Shown here: piece by piece, positions 20,767 to 31,069 of the stretch
Position numbering within the stretch: position 1 is the stretch's first letter
Layout of the letters: each line of letters starts with the position of its first letter
Assembly (NCBI GenBank): GCA_965224485.1
Contig: CBDCZH010000010.1
Coordinates: forward strand, 192,001 to 256,000
Reading direction: 5' to 3'
DNA: 64,000 bases
DNA from: Arcobacteraceae bacterium
GTDB taxonomy: Bacteria; Campylobacterota; Campylobacteria; Campylobacterales; Arcobacteraceae
The notes under the pieces: generated by a model
What the model saw: only the letters and a program-made list of their open reading frames with translations
Told to the model about the DNA's origin: nothing
Database searches by the model: none
Translations under genes and position numbers: made by a program

Positions 20767-22739
20767 TAGCAAAGTTTGAAGTAGTTAGTGCATACTCCCC
20801 AGCAGGTGATCAACCAGAGGCTATAAAAAAATTAAGTGATTCTATTTTAAGTGGTAATCAATACAATACTCTAAAAGGAGTAACGGGTTCTGGTAAAACG
20901 TTTACTATGGCTAAAGTTATTGAAAAAACACAAAAACCAACCTTGATTATGACTCATAATAAAACACTAGCAGCCCAGTTATACTCAGAATTTAAGCAGT
21001 TTTTCCCAAATAATCATGTTGAATATTTTATATCTTATTATGATTATTATCAACCAGAAGCTTATATACCAAGAACTGATTTATTTATTGAAAAAGATAG
21101 CTCAATTAATGAAGAGTTAGAGAGATTAAGACTAAGTGCAACTTCTTCTTTATTATCTTTTGATGATGTTATCGTTGTAGCCTCAGTATCTGCTAACTAT
21201 GGATTAGGGAACCCTGAAGAGTATAAAAAAATGGTTCAAAAACTTGAAGTTGGTTTTGAATACTCGCAAAGGACTCTTTTACTTAAATTAGTTGAAATGG
21301 GTTATAAAAGAAATGATAAATTTTTTGATAGAAGTGATTTTAGAGTAAATGGTGATGTAATTGATATTTATCCTGCTTATTATGAAGATGAGTTTATAAG
21401 AGTTGAGTTTTTTACAGATGAGGTTGAAAGTATTACAAAACATCAGTATTTAACAAATGAGAAAAATCAAAAACTTGAAGAAGTTACTATTTATTCTGTT
21501 AATCCTTTTGTTGTTTCAAATGATAAGTTAGCAATTGCTGTTAAACTAATAGAAGAAGAGTTAGATGATAGACTTAAAGATCTAAAACAAAATGATCAAT
21601 TAGTTGAGTATCAAAGACTAAAACAAAGAGTTGAATTTGATTTAGAAATGATTGAAGGTACTGGCATGTGTAAGGGTATTGAAAATTATGCAAGATATTT
21701 AACAGGACAAGAAGCAGGGGAAACCCCTTACTCTTTGATGAACTATTTTGAACAAATTGGAAAAGACTTCTTACTAATTGTTGATGAGTCTCATGTTTCT
21801 TTGCCTCAATTTAGAGGTATGCATGCAGCTGATAGAAGTAGAAAAGAGACCTTAGTTAATTATGGTTTTAGACTTCCAAGTGCTTTAGACAATAGACCTT
21901 TGAAATTTGATGAGTTTATAGCTAAAGCTCCAAGTTTTCTTTTTGTAAGCGCAACTCCAAATGAGCTTGAACTTGATTTATCAAGCGAAATAGCAGAACA
22001 AGTTATAAGACCAACTGGATTATTAGACCCTACTATTGAAATAATGGATTCAGAGTTTCAAGTTGAAAAACTTCATGATGAGATAAAAAAAGTAGCTGCT
22101 AAAAATGAAAGAGTATTAGTAACTGTATTAACTAAAAAAATGGCAGAAGAGTTAACTACTTATTATGCAGATTTAGGAATAAGAATTCGATATATGCATA
22201 GTGATATTGATGCAATTCAGAGAAACCAAATTATTAGAGATTTAAGACTAGGTAAGTTTGATGTTTTAGTTGGAATTAATCTCTTAAGAGAAGGATTAGA
22301 TATTCCAGAAACTTCTTTAGTTGCTATTCTAGATGCAGATAAAGAGGGATTTTTACGTTCACGTACTTCTTTGATTCAAACAATGGGAAGAGGGGCAAGA
22401 AATGAAAATGGAAGAGTTATTTTATTTGCAAAAAGAATAACAGCTTCTATGCAGTATGCAATTGATGAAACAAATAGAAGAAGAGTGATTCAAGACACAC
22501 ATAATAAGAAACATGGAATAACTCCAAGAAGTACAAAAAGAGCCCTAGATGGTAGCTTAAAACTTGAAGAGTATGATGATTTAGCTTGGAAAAAAGTAAA
22601 AATTGAGAAAATGCCAGCTTCTGAGCGGAAGAAGATTTTAATAGAGTTAAATGCTAAGATGAAAAAAGCAGCACATGATTTACACTTCGAAGAAGCGATA
22701 AGAATAAGAGACGAAATAGAAAAAATAAAAAAAATATAG
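20766..22739 (+). CDS. uvrB: Excinuclease ABC subunit B
   Basis: [15 protein letters not shown] and [13 protein letters not shown] motifs. The conserved N-terminus ([19 protein letters not shown]...GVTGSGKT) lies in frame upstream of the listed ATG and begins at an ATA at 20766. Confidence 0.96.
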   Translation: MAKFEVVSAYSPAGDQPEAIKKLSDSILSGNQYNTLKGVTGSGKTFTMAKVIEKTQKPTLIMTHNKTLAAQLYSEFKQFFPNNHVEYFISYYDYYQPEAYIPRTDLFIEKDSSINEELERLRLSATSSLLSFDDVIVVASVSANYGLGNPEEYKKMVQKLEVGFEYSQRTLLLKLVEMGYKRNDKFFDRSDFRVNGDVIDIYPAYYEDEFIRVEFFTDEVESITKHQYLTNEKNQKLEEVTIYSVNPFVVSNDKLAIAVKLIEEELDDRLKDLKQNDQLVEYQRLKQRVEFDLEMIEGTGMCKGIENYARYLTGQEAGETPYSLMNYFEQIGKDFLLIVDESHVSLPQFRGMHAADRSRKETLVNYGFRLPSALDNRPLKFDEFIAKAPSFLFVSATPNELELDLSSEIAEQVIRPTGLLDPTIEIMDSEFQVEKLHDEIKKVAAKNERVLVTVLTKKMAEELTTYYADLGIRIRYMHSDIDAIQRNQIIRDLRLGKFDVLVGINLLREGLDIPETSLVAILDADKEGFLRSRTSLIQTMGRGARNENGRVILFAKRITASMQYAIDETNRRRVIQDTHNKKHGITPRSTKRALDGSLKLEEYDDLAWKKVKIEKMPASERKKILIELNAKMKKAAHDLHFEEAIRIRDEIEKIKKI

Positions 22740-22876
22740 TTATAAAATATCATCTTTTAAAAAATCTATGCGTTGAATCTTTATTTTTAATGCTCATGTA
22801 CTAGTTGTACACTGCGCTTAAAAATAAAGCTCCGCCTTGATATTTTATAAAACCTAATATTTTCTAACTATATTTT
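22731..22876. repeat. Nested palindromic element (REP/MITE-like)
   Basis: Nested inverted repeats of 12, 13, 12 and 5 bp centred on TGTAC-TAGTT-GTACA. Confidence 0.7.
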
Positions 22877-23561
22877 ACTCTACACTTAATTTTAAAGTAT
22901 CATTAATTTTACTAGTTTTAATTAACATTGTAATATCTCTAATATCTCCGATATTTAATATTAATGCCTTATCTAAAGTATTTGTTGATATTAAAAATCT
23001 ATATTCATTTTGATGTTTAAAAATATTTCTTTTTTTGAAAATTGATTCTTCTTTTGAAAAAGAACCATTAAAAGTTAATGGATTATAATAATCAACTAAC
23101 TTGGCTCTTAATCCATAATTTTCTTTTTTAATAGCTTTCTTTATTCGTTTAATAAATTCTTTTCCATTAGTAACTATTACAGAATAATCGCCTAACAATA
23201 AACAGTCATTGTCTAATTTTATTTTTTTATTTACTTTATCAATATTTTTTTCTGTAATATTTATAAAATCACCACTGTTGATAGCATACATGCAAAAAAT
23301 ATTCAAGTTATCCATATATGGTCTCTGAAAAGTTACTTGTCCTACCAAATCTTTTAAAGCATGATTGTTTAGTTCTATATTTACCTTATCTGCTTGGTAG
23401 CTAGCTGAGATTGCCTCAAGTTCATCTTTTCTATTTATATCAGAGTTATCAGATATTTTTTTAAAATATGAAAGTTTATTAGCATATAATTTGCCTTTCA
23501 TAAAATCAGATGCATACTTCTTTTTATTAAATACTTTTAATAGTGCAAATATTTTTACCAT
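22875..23561 (-). CDS. Hypothetical protein (accessory insertion between uvrB and nth)
   Basis: 228-aa ORF with an AAGG RBS; motifs GKLYANKLSYF, IFCMY and FKK...FKHQNEYRF. Confidence 0.75.
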   Translation of the reverse strand: MVKIFALLKVFNKKKYASDFMKGKLYANKLSYFKKISDNSDINRKDELEAISASYQADKVNIELNNHALKDLVGQVTFQRPYMDNLNIFCMYAINSGDFINITEKNIDKVNKKIKLDNDCLLLGDYSVIVTNGKEFIKRIKKAIKKENYGLRAKLVDYYNPLTFNGSFSKEESIFKKRNIFKHQNEYRFLISTNTLDKALILNIGDIRDITMLIKTSKINDTLKLSVE

Positions 23562-23634
23562 CAGATACCTTTATTACTTTTGTATAGTTGTTGATTATAA
23601 CTTTAAATTAATAAAAATATATTACAATAGTATA

Positions 23635-24279
23635 ATGAAAAAAGCTACTATAAAAGAGATACAGATTATTAAAGAGGCTTTTGTTGAAAAGTACTCAGAT
23701 GCTGTTACTGAACTAACTTATAAAAATGATTATGAACTATTGATTGCTATAATATTAAGTGCTCAGTGTACTGATAAGAGGGTTAATATTATTACTCCTG
23801 CTTTATTTTTAAAATACCCAGGTGTTTTTGATTTGGCAGAGGCTTCTTTGGATGAGGTTAAGGATTTATTGAAATCTTGTTCATTTTTTAATAATAAGTC
23901 TAAAAATATTATTAAAATGGCAAATAGGGTAATTGATAATTTTGAAGGTAATATTCCTCATGTTCAAAAAGACCTTATGTGCTTAGCTGGTGTTGGGAAC
24001 AAAACTGCTAATGTTTTTATGATTGAGAGTGAGGGGGCAAATTTAATGGCTGTTGATACTCATGTATTTAGAGTTTCACATCGTTTGGGTTTAAGTGATG
24101 GTAAAACAGTTACTCAAACAGAAGAGCATTTAGTTAAAAAACTCAAAGATGATTTGCATATTTTTCATCAAGCTATGGTTTTATTTGGACGTTATACTTG
24201 CAAGGCTATAAAACCAGATTGTGACTCCTGTATGTTCCCTGAGGTTTGTAAAACTACAAGAAGTTTTAAACCTGCTTAG
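23635..24279 (+). CDS. nth: Endonuclease III
   Basis: LSAQCTD, HhH motif LAGVGNKTA, AVDTHV, C-X6-C-X2-C-X5-C Fe-S motif; true start is ATG 23635 (MKKAT). Confidence 0.96.
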   Translation: MKKATIKEIQIIKEAFVEKYSDAVTELTYKNDYELLIAIILSAQCTDKRVNIITPALFLKYPGVFDLAEASLDEVKDLLKSCSFFNNKSKNIIKMANRVIDNFEGNIPHVQKDLMCLAGVGNKTANVFMIESEGANLMAVDTHVFRVSHRLGLSDGKTVTQTEEHLVKKLKDDLHIFHQAMVLFGRYTCKAIKPDCDSCMFPEVCKTTRSFKPA

Positions 24280-24300
24280 GGCCAAGTCTTTAACTTAAAT

Positions 24301-24711
24301 TTACTTATTTTTACAAGTTTCTTTAAAAGAAGAGAAGTTTGTAAAAATATACTCATCTTGAATCTTTTTAACAAGAACTTTATTTGAAGTACAAACAAGT
24401 TCTTTTCCATCTTTTTTAATTATATAATCAAATTTATAGATGAAATTAATCTCAGAAGTAATATTTTTATTATTTAATCTTTCATAAGAAAGTTTTAAAA
24501 TTTCTATATTTTTTTCATCTTGGTATTTTTTCATAAATAAACTTGGAATTTTATTTTCTTTTTTATCTAAAAATATTTCTGTTATTATTACTGATAAAAC
24601 AATAATTACTAGTAAAATAATAAACTCTTTACTTGCGAATTTATTGTTTATTTTATAAATTATTAAAGCTAAAATACTTATAAGTATTAAAGCCAAAAGT
24701 ATTATTTGCAT
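24301..24711 (-). CDS. Hypothetical membrane protein (two N-terminal TM helices, C-terminal Cys pair)
   Basis: 136-aa ORF overlapping the upstream ORF. Confidence 0.7.
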   Translation of the reverse strand: MQIILLALILISILALIIYKINNKFASKEFIILLVIIVLSVIITEIFLDKKENKIPSLFMKKYQDEKNIEILKLSYERLNNKNITSEINFIYKFDYIIKKDGKELVCTSNKVLVKKIQDEYIFTNFSSFKETCKNK

Positions 24712-24944
24712 TTATTTACCTTTAGTTTATTTTTGAAATCATTTGAAGACAAATATTTTGAAGAAGATGTATTTTCTTTTATAAGTTTTTGCTTATATTT
24801 ACTCTTTGATATATATTTAGTTTGTGATTCTAAATTTTGTTTATCTTCTATTATATTTTTTATAAGTCCAGCTTTTAAATTATTTAATATATTTAAAACT
24901 GTGCTTAAATTTTTATCTTCTATTTCTAAATGTATTTTAGCCAT
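24702..24944 (-). CDS. Hypothetical small protein
   Basis: 80-aa ORF with an AAGGG RBS, coupled to the downstream ORF. Confidence 0.65.
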   Translation of the reverse strand: MAKIHLEIEDKNLSTVLNILNNLKAGLIKNIIEDKQNLESQTKYISKSKYKQKLIKENTSSSKYLSSNDFKNKLKVNKCK

Positions 24945-25059
24945 TTAAACCCTTTTTTAACTTTGATGAGATTATATCTTTTTCTGATTTAACTAATAAT
25001 TAACAATAAATTAACAAATCTTTGAAATAATACTAATTATTTTATTTAAGGAAAAATTT

Positions 25060-27060
25060 ATGAAAAAATCTGTTATTTTATTATCCTTAGTAAGCTTTGT
25101 TTTACTTGCTAATGATACAGTACAATTACCTCTTGTAGAGATTACTGAGAGTATAAATACTAAAATAGTTAAAAATGTTTCTAGTGAAGAGATTAAATCT
25201 GCTGATTTAGCTGAAGCCTTGGAAAAAAATATTGCTTCTATTTCACTTGTGCGAAGAAGTGGTATAGCAAATGATATTATTTTAAGAGGTCAAAAAAGAG
25301 ATAATATCAATGTTACTATTGATGGTGCTAAAATTTATGGTGCTTGTCCAAATAGAATGGATCCTCCAACTTCTCATATTTTAACTAATAATGTTAATGA
25401 AGTTATTGTTCAAGAAGGTCCTTTTGATGTTGAAGATTTTGGGGTTTTAAGTGGAAGTGTAAAAATCAAAACTAAAAAACCAACAAAAGAGTTAAAAGGT
25501 GAAGTTAATATTAATGTGGGAAGTTTCTCATATAAAAAAGCTTCTGCTACAATTTCTGGTGGAAACAAGAGTGTTCAAGGTTTATTATCAATTTCTAGCG
25601 AAAATGGTGATCAGTATAAAGATGGAGCAGGGAATACATTAAGCCAACAAGCTGATAATTACTCAAATCCTATGAATAAATATAAGACTAAATATAAAGA
25701 AATGAGATCATTTGAGAAAAAAACACTTTTAGGTAAAGTTAATTTTAACATTAATGATAATCATAATATATTATTATCTTATACTGCAAATAGAAGTGAT
25801 AGTATTTTATATTCAAATACTCCTATGGATGCTTTATATGATGACTCTGATATTTTCACTTTAAATTATACTGCTTTAAATTTATCTAGTTTTTCTAAAG
25901 AATTTAATATTAATTTATATAATTCAAAAGTAGATCACCCTATGTCTACAAAATTTAGAAATGCTTCAGGTGCTAATGCTTTTAAAGAAGTTATAAATGA
26001 CTTAAGTACTTCAACAAGTGGCGCTAAAATTAAAAATAGTATGGATATTAAAAATACTGTATTTACTTATGGTTTAGATATGAGTAAGAGAAACTGGGAT
26101 GGAGAGTTTAAAACTATTGGTATGATGGCTATGCATAATGGTAAAAAATCTATTGATGATGTAGATACTACAAATAAAGCACTATTTATAAAAGCAAGTA
26201 CAAAATTTGATAAATTAGCTTTAGATTATGGTTTAAGATATGACAAAACTGATATAGATACTGCTTCAAATTTACAAGATAATGATTATAAATCTTTAAG
26301 TGGAAATATTTTTGCAATTTATAATGTAGATGATAGTTTAAGATATTTTGCAGGTATTGGAAAATCAGCAAGAGTTCCAGATGCAAGAGAATTATATTTT
26401 TATCATTTTAAGAATAATAGAAAAATTGGAACTCCTACTTTAAATCAAACAAAAAATTATGAAATTGATTTAGGTTTTGAAAAAGTTATTGGTGACTTTC
26501 AGTGTTAAAACAAAAGTGTTTTATTCAAAGTTAAAAGATTATATTTATTATAATTCTAAGTTATCTAAGAATAATTTTGAAAACATAGATGCCAAAGATT
26601 TATGGAATTAGAAGTTTCTGGATTATATTTTATAAACGATAATTTTACTTTTGATTATTCTCTTGCTTATCAAAGAGGAAAAAAAGATAAAGTGTTAAAA
26701 AATCAAAGTGATAAAGACTTAGCTGATATTAATCCTTTAAAAATGAATCTTGGATTAACTTATGAACAAAATAAGCATTTGTTAAAAGTAGATGTTCAAG
26801 CTAGTGATTCTTGGGACAAATTTGATTCTGATAATGGCGAGCAAAAACTTTCAGGTTATGCACTTCTAAATTTAAAGTATAATAACAAACTTAGTAAAAA
26901 CTTTGATATAACTTTTGGAATGGACAATGTTTTTGATAAGAATTATGCTTCAAGTAATACATATAAAGATCTGACATTAATTTCTGCTGGTGGAAGTGAC
27001 ACAATGTTGTTAAATAACCCAGGTAGATATATTTATACAAATATTAGATATAGATTCTAA
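25060..27060 (+). CDS. TonB-dependent receptor, OprC/NosA-like copper receptor (split by apparent +1 insertions at ~26500-26608)
   Basis: Signal peptide, plug motif GACPNRMDPP, terminal RYRF. Both ORF pieces are in the same frame and three single-base insertions reconcile them. Confidence 0.82.
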
Positions 27061-27065
27061 AAAAA

Positions 27066-27092
27066 GATTAGGAGAGTTTAACTCTCTTAATC
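27066..27092. terminator. Terminator hairpin between convergent genes
   Basis: GATTAGGAGAG-TTTAA-CTCTCTTAATC with one G-U pair. Confidence 0.65.
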
Positions 27093-28316
27093 AAAACTCA
27101 TTTGAACTTGTGTTTGTCCAGTACTTCCAAACTCTATATCAATATCTTTTGCAATTTGCATAAAATCTATTCCTTGAACAGTTTTAAGACTTTTAAGTAT
27201 CTCTTTTTTACCAGATATTAACTCTCTTGATTTAATGCCGTGAGAGATTGATAAAGAAGCTTCAACAAAAGCAGATAACTTATCACACTGTTTTAAAGCA
27301 AGTCCATCAACAGCATTGTATTTGTCCATATTATAGGCACTTAAACCACCACTTATTACTTCTATTTCATCTTTATAAATTCTATCAACGAATTCATCTT
27401 TTTCATCTTTATTAATTCCAATTAAATATTTAAACTCATTTAAGATTGAGCTTGGAATATTTGGAAAAATATCTTCTTCCATTCTTTGTATTTCAAATTC
27501 TGAAATGATATCTGATAAGTCATCAACTGAATATTTTACAGGTGAGATTATATCTCTTGTTAAAGCTTCAGGTAAATCATGAAAAAGTGCAGTAAAAAAG
27601 TTGTTTTGTAATCTTTTATTACAGGCTTTTACATCAATAGAGTAAAAATAAGAAAAAAGTGCAACTGTTAGCATATGACCTAAAACTGATGTTTGAGGAA
27701 CTCTTGGTGTTTGAGCCCATCTAGCTTGAAATCTCAATCTTCCACTTAAATCAATTACTTTTGCAAGTTTTTTATTTAAAGCAATTTTTCGTACACCTAT
27801 CAACTCATAATAATCTTCAATCTCTTCATCTACACTTTTTTTAACTTCTTCTATATCTGATAAAAACTGGCTTGTTTGATAAACAATTGAGAACTCCCAT
27901 TTTGTCGCAAGATAAGAAGCTGCTTTTAAAATAAATCTTTCTTTTTTATACATAGTAGGATCATTTAAATAATCTTCAAACTTTCTTAAAAAATTACCAT
28001 CATCTATATTTTCAAGAGAGCTTTTTAGTTTTGAAACTACCCAAGCATTTATCTCTTTTTCTTTTTTTTGTAAAGCTTGTCTAAAAACATCTGGTCTAAT
28101 ATCTGTTACAACAACTCTTCTTAAGAACTCAAAAATACCAGCTTCTATCAAGTGAGTAAAATTTATGTCTTTTTCAAGTTTTGCAATAAAAAAAGCAATA
28201 ATAAATTTGTGAGCTTGTTTATCTAGCTCAACTAAATCGACCATACGTGGATAATCATTCCATCTTTGTATTGAAGCAGAAGTAAAAATATACTCAATTA
28301 TTTTAGGATTAATCAT
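27087..28316 (-). CDS. HD-domain phosphohydrolase (YfbR-like, tandem HD fold)
   Basis: IQRWND..R in the N-half; RW..TPRVP.TSVLGH, FHDLPEALTRDI and CDKL in the C-half. Confidence 0.85.
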   Translation of the reverse strand: MINPKIIEYIFTSASIQRWNDYPRMVDLVELDKQAHKFIIAFFIAKLEKDINFTHLIEAGIFEFLRRVVVTDIRPDVFRQALQKKEKEINAWVVSKLKSSLENIDDGNFLRKFEDYLNDPTMYKKERFILKAASYLATKWEFSIVYQTSQFLSDIEEVKKSVDEEIEDYYELIGVRKIALNKKLAKVIDLSGRLRFQARWAQTPRVPQTSVLGHMLTVALFSYFYSIDVKACNKRLQNNFFTALFHDLPEALTRDIISPVKYSVDDLSDIISEFEIQRMEEDIFPNIPSSILNEFKYLIGINKDEKDEFVDRIYKDEIEVISGGLSAYNMDKYNAVDGLALKQCDKLSAFVEASLSISHGIKSRELISGKKEILKSLKTVQGIDFMQIAKDIDIEFGSTGQTQVQMSFD

Positions 28317-28446
28317 TTTTACTCTTTTTATTATCTTGTTTTTTTATATTCTCTATTTTATCACCTCTTGCGATTAAGTACTTTCCTAACATCATAAGAG
28401 CAACAACTAGACCTACAACAACATATGCTACCCATGGTTCTCTCAT
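28309..28446 (-). CDS. Small membrane protein, 45 aa (below the ORF-track cutoff)
   Basis: MREPWVAYVVVGLVVALMMLGKYLIARGDKIENIKKQDNKKSKND; AAGGA RBS 7 nt upstream; stop overlaps the HD gene start. Confidence 0.7.
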   Translation of the reverse strand: MREPWVAYVVVGLVVALMMLGKYLIARGDKIENIKKQDNKKSKND

Positions 28447-28457
28447 AATATAATCCT

Positions 28458-28910
28458 TTACGATCTACAGCTGTGAGCTAAAGCATTTATTTTATTAACT
28501 CTTTGTTCATGTCTTCCTTTAGCAAAAGAAGAAGAACACCAAGCATTAATAATATTTTCAATCATTCCATAACCACTAACTCTTTCACCTAAGCAAATAA
28601 CATTAGCATCATTATGCTCTCTTGCCATTTTTGCTGAATATTCGTTATGACAAAGTGCTGCTCTAATATCTTTAAACTTATTAGCAGCCATACTCATTCC
28701 AATACCAGAACCACAAATTAATATTCCTTTAGAACCCTCATTTTTTAAAACTTCTTCACAAACTTTTGCTGCATAATCAGGATAATCAACTCTATCTTTA
28801 GTACTTGGTCCTAAATCAATTACTTCATGACCTTTTTTTTCAAAAAGCTCTTTAACATATGCTTTAATATCAATTCCAGCATGATCAGCACCTATAAAAT
28901 ATTTACTCAT
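28458..28910 (-). CDS. rpiB: Ribose-5-phosphate isomerase B
   Basis: GADHAG, VDYPD, ICGSGIG and AREHNDAN motifs. Confidence 0.97.
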   Translation of the reverse strand: MSKYFIGADHAGIDIKAYVKELFEKKGHEVIDLGPSTKDRVDYPDYAAKVCEEVLKNEGSKGILICGSGIGMSMAANKFKDIRAALCHNEYSAKMAREHNDANVICLGERVSGYGMIENIINAWCSSSFAKGRHEQRVNKINALAHSCRS

Positions 28911-29695
28911 TAATATATTCCTTTTTCATGATTAAGTTCTATATTTTTACCTATCATGTCTTTTTCTAAAGATGAAACAGTTCTAAAAACTCTATCCCAT
29001 CTTATTTCTTTGTCTTTATTTATAGAAAAATAGATTAACCAAGGTGTTCCTACAATATATTTATATTTAACTGTTCCCCAAAATCTAGAATCATTTGAAT
29101 GATCTCTATTATCACCCATCATAAAATACTCACCTTGTGGAACTTGTATTGGCATCATGTCAAAGAGTTGCGAAGGTTGTCTTCCATCATTCTTAACATT
29201 TAAATCATTATGAATTCCTGGATGATCTTTTTTATATGGATTTACTAACCAAAGTCTATTTGCAAGTTCTATATAATCTTCTTTTTTATAATTATCTTTA
29301 ACATATTGGTTTCCTTCATGTGGATGAAGTAAAAGTTTTTTATCTTTTAATGCAAGTAAATCTCCACCAAGAGCAACACATCTCTTAACAAAATGAATTT
29401 TCTCATTTTTTGGATATCTAAAAACAACAATTTCACCACGTTTAGGTCCATCACCCTCTATTAAGTGACCATTGTCATTAAAGTCTGGTAATATTTTAAT
29501 CTCTAACCAAGGAATTCTAGGTGTTGGTATTCCATAAGAAAACTTCTTTACAAATAACATATCACCTATTAAAAGTGAGTTTTTCATACTTCCACTTGGA
29601 ATTATAAAAGATTGGGCAATAAAAGACATAATAAACAAAACAATTACAATTGTTCCTGGCCATGAGCTTGACCAATCATATAATTTTCTTAACAT
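28910..29695 (-). CDS. lepB: Signal peptidase I
   Basis: IPSGSM, FVKR and MGDNRDHSNDSRFWG motifs. Confidence 0.97.
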   Translation of the reverse strand: MLRKLYDWSSSWPGTIVIVLFIMSFIAQSFIIPSGSMKNSLLIGDMLFVKKFSYGIPTPRIPWLEIKILPDFNDNGHLIEGDGPKRGEIVVFRYPKNEKIHFVKRCVALGGDLLALKDKKLLLHPHEGNQYVKDNYKKEDYIELANRLWLVNPYKKDHPGIHNDLNVKNDGRQPSQLFDMMPIQVPQGEYFMMGDNRDHSNDSRFWGTVKYKYIVGTPWLIYFSINKDKEIRWDRVFRTVSSLEKDMIGKNIELNHEKGIY

Positions 29696-30558
29696 TAAAT
29701 AACTCTTTTCAATCTAAGTTTTGCAGCTTTAACTGTATTTTTTAATAACATTGCAATAGTCATAGGACCAACTCCACCTGGAACTGGAGTTATGTAAGAA
29801 CATTTATTTTTACAAGCCTCGAAATCAACATCACCTACAAGTTTTCCATTTTCTAATCTATTAATTCCAATATCAATAATAATGGCACCATCTTTTACCA
29901 TATCTTCTTTTATTAAATTAATAACACCAGTTCCTACGCAAATAATATCAGCAGCTAGGGTATGTGCTTTTAAATCTTTTGTTTTACTATTACAAATTTC
30001 AACAGTTGCTTTTGCATTTATAAGTAAAGAAGCCATAGGTTTTCCAACAATATCAGAAGCTCCAATAACACAAACATTTTTTCCAAGAACATCTATCTCA
30101 TACTCTTTTAATAAACGCATTACTCCAAAAGGAGTTGCTGGTAAGAAAGCATCAAGATTTAGAACCATTCTTCCTACATTGTAAGGGTGAAAACCATCAA
30201 CATCTTTTAGAGGATCAATTGCTTCTAGTATAATAGTTGTATCTATATGTTTAGGAAGTGGCAATTGAACTAATATTCCATCTAAATTTGGATTTTCATT
30301 CATTCTTTGAATAATATCTAAAATCTCTTCTTGAGTAATAGTATTAGGCATTTCATGAACAACTGAATAAATACCAGCATTTTTACAAGACTTAGCTTTC
30401 ATTCCAACATAAGTTGAGCTTGCAGGATCATTTCCAACTAAAATTACAGCAAGTCCTGGCACTATTTGTTGTTCATCTTGAAGTTCTTGCACTTCAACTT
30501 TTACTTCTTCTTTAATTTTGTTTGAAAGAGCTTTTCCGTCTAATATTTGATATTTCAC
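29695..30558 (-). CDS. folD: Methylenetetrahydrofolate dehydrogenase/cyclohydrolase
   Basis: GILVQLPLP, KDVDGFHP and TPVPGGVGPMT motifs; GTG start. Confidence 0.97.
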   Translation of the reverse strand: MKYQILDGKALSNKIKEEVKVEVQELQDEQQIVPGLAVILVGNDPASSTYVGMKAKSCKNAGIYSVVHEMPNTITQEEILDIIQRMNENPNLDGILVQLPLPKHIDTTIILEAIDPLKDVDGFHPYNVGRMVLNLDAFLPATPFGVMRLLKEYEIDVLGKNVCVIGASDIVGKPMASLLINAKATVEICNSKTKDLKAHTLAADIICVGTGVINLIKEDMVKDGAIIIDIGINRLENGKLVGDVDFEACKNKCSYITPVPGGVGPMTIAMLLKNTVKAAKLRLKRVI

Positions 30559-30663
30559 AGTTTTCTCACTTTAGATGATTTTTTAAATACTTTAGAATAA
30601 CCTTATTAAGGTTTAAATTTAAGGTGCTATAATATCCAAAATCTATTTATATCAAGGTTAATA

Positions 30664-31017
30664 TTGAAATTAATAATTCTTTTGTTTCTTTGTATTACTA
30701 ATAGTTTAACACAAAACATAGATAACTCATTTATAACAAAGTTTGAATATGGAGCTATGTTATATAAGAATCCTAGAGGAATTGGTTGTAATAAATGCCA
30801 TAGTTTAGGAAATAAGAAGATTTTAATATCTAAGTATAAAGATAAAAAAAATATCACCCACTCTTTATTGGCCCCTCCCATTAACAAAGTTTCTTTCAAA
30901 ACTTTTAAAAAAAAATTAAAAGCAAGTAGATTTGAATCTTTAGTAATGCCTACATATTTTTTAACAAATGATGAAATGGAATCAATATATTATTATATTA
31001 CAAATTTAAATAAGTAA
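30664..31017 (+). CDS. Monoheme c-type cytochrome
   Basis: Signal peptide, CNKCH heme motif, distal Met in VMPTY. Confidence 0.85.
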   Translation: MKLIILLFLCITNSLTQNIDNSFITKFEYGAMLYKNPRGIGCNKCHSLGNKKILISKYKDKKNITHSLLAPPINKVSFKTFKKKLKASRFESLVMPTYFLTNDEMESIYYYITNLNK

Positions 31018-31069
31018 ACTCTAATTATTCTTTATGTATAATGCCCAACTTAAATTAAAAAGGATAATC

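Noticed and set aside
22731..23561. Palindrome plus gene as an integron cassette (attC)
   Set aside because: No integrase or cassette array in the window and no clear RYYYAAC/GTTRRRY pair in the required geometry; kept only as a generic palindromic element.
23491..23634. 48-codon N-terminal extension of nth in the ORF track
   Set aside because: It overlaps the divergent gene and promoter; Nth similarity begins at ATG 23635.
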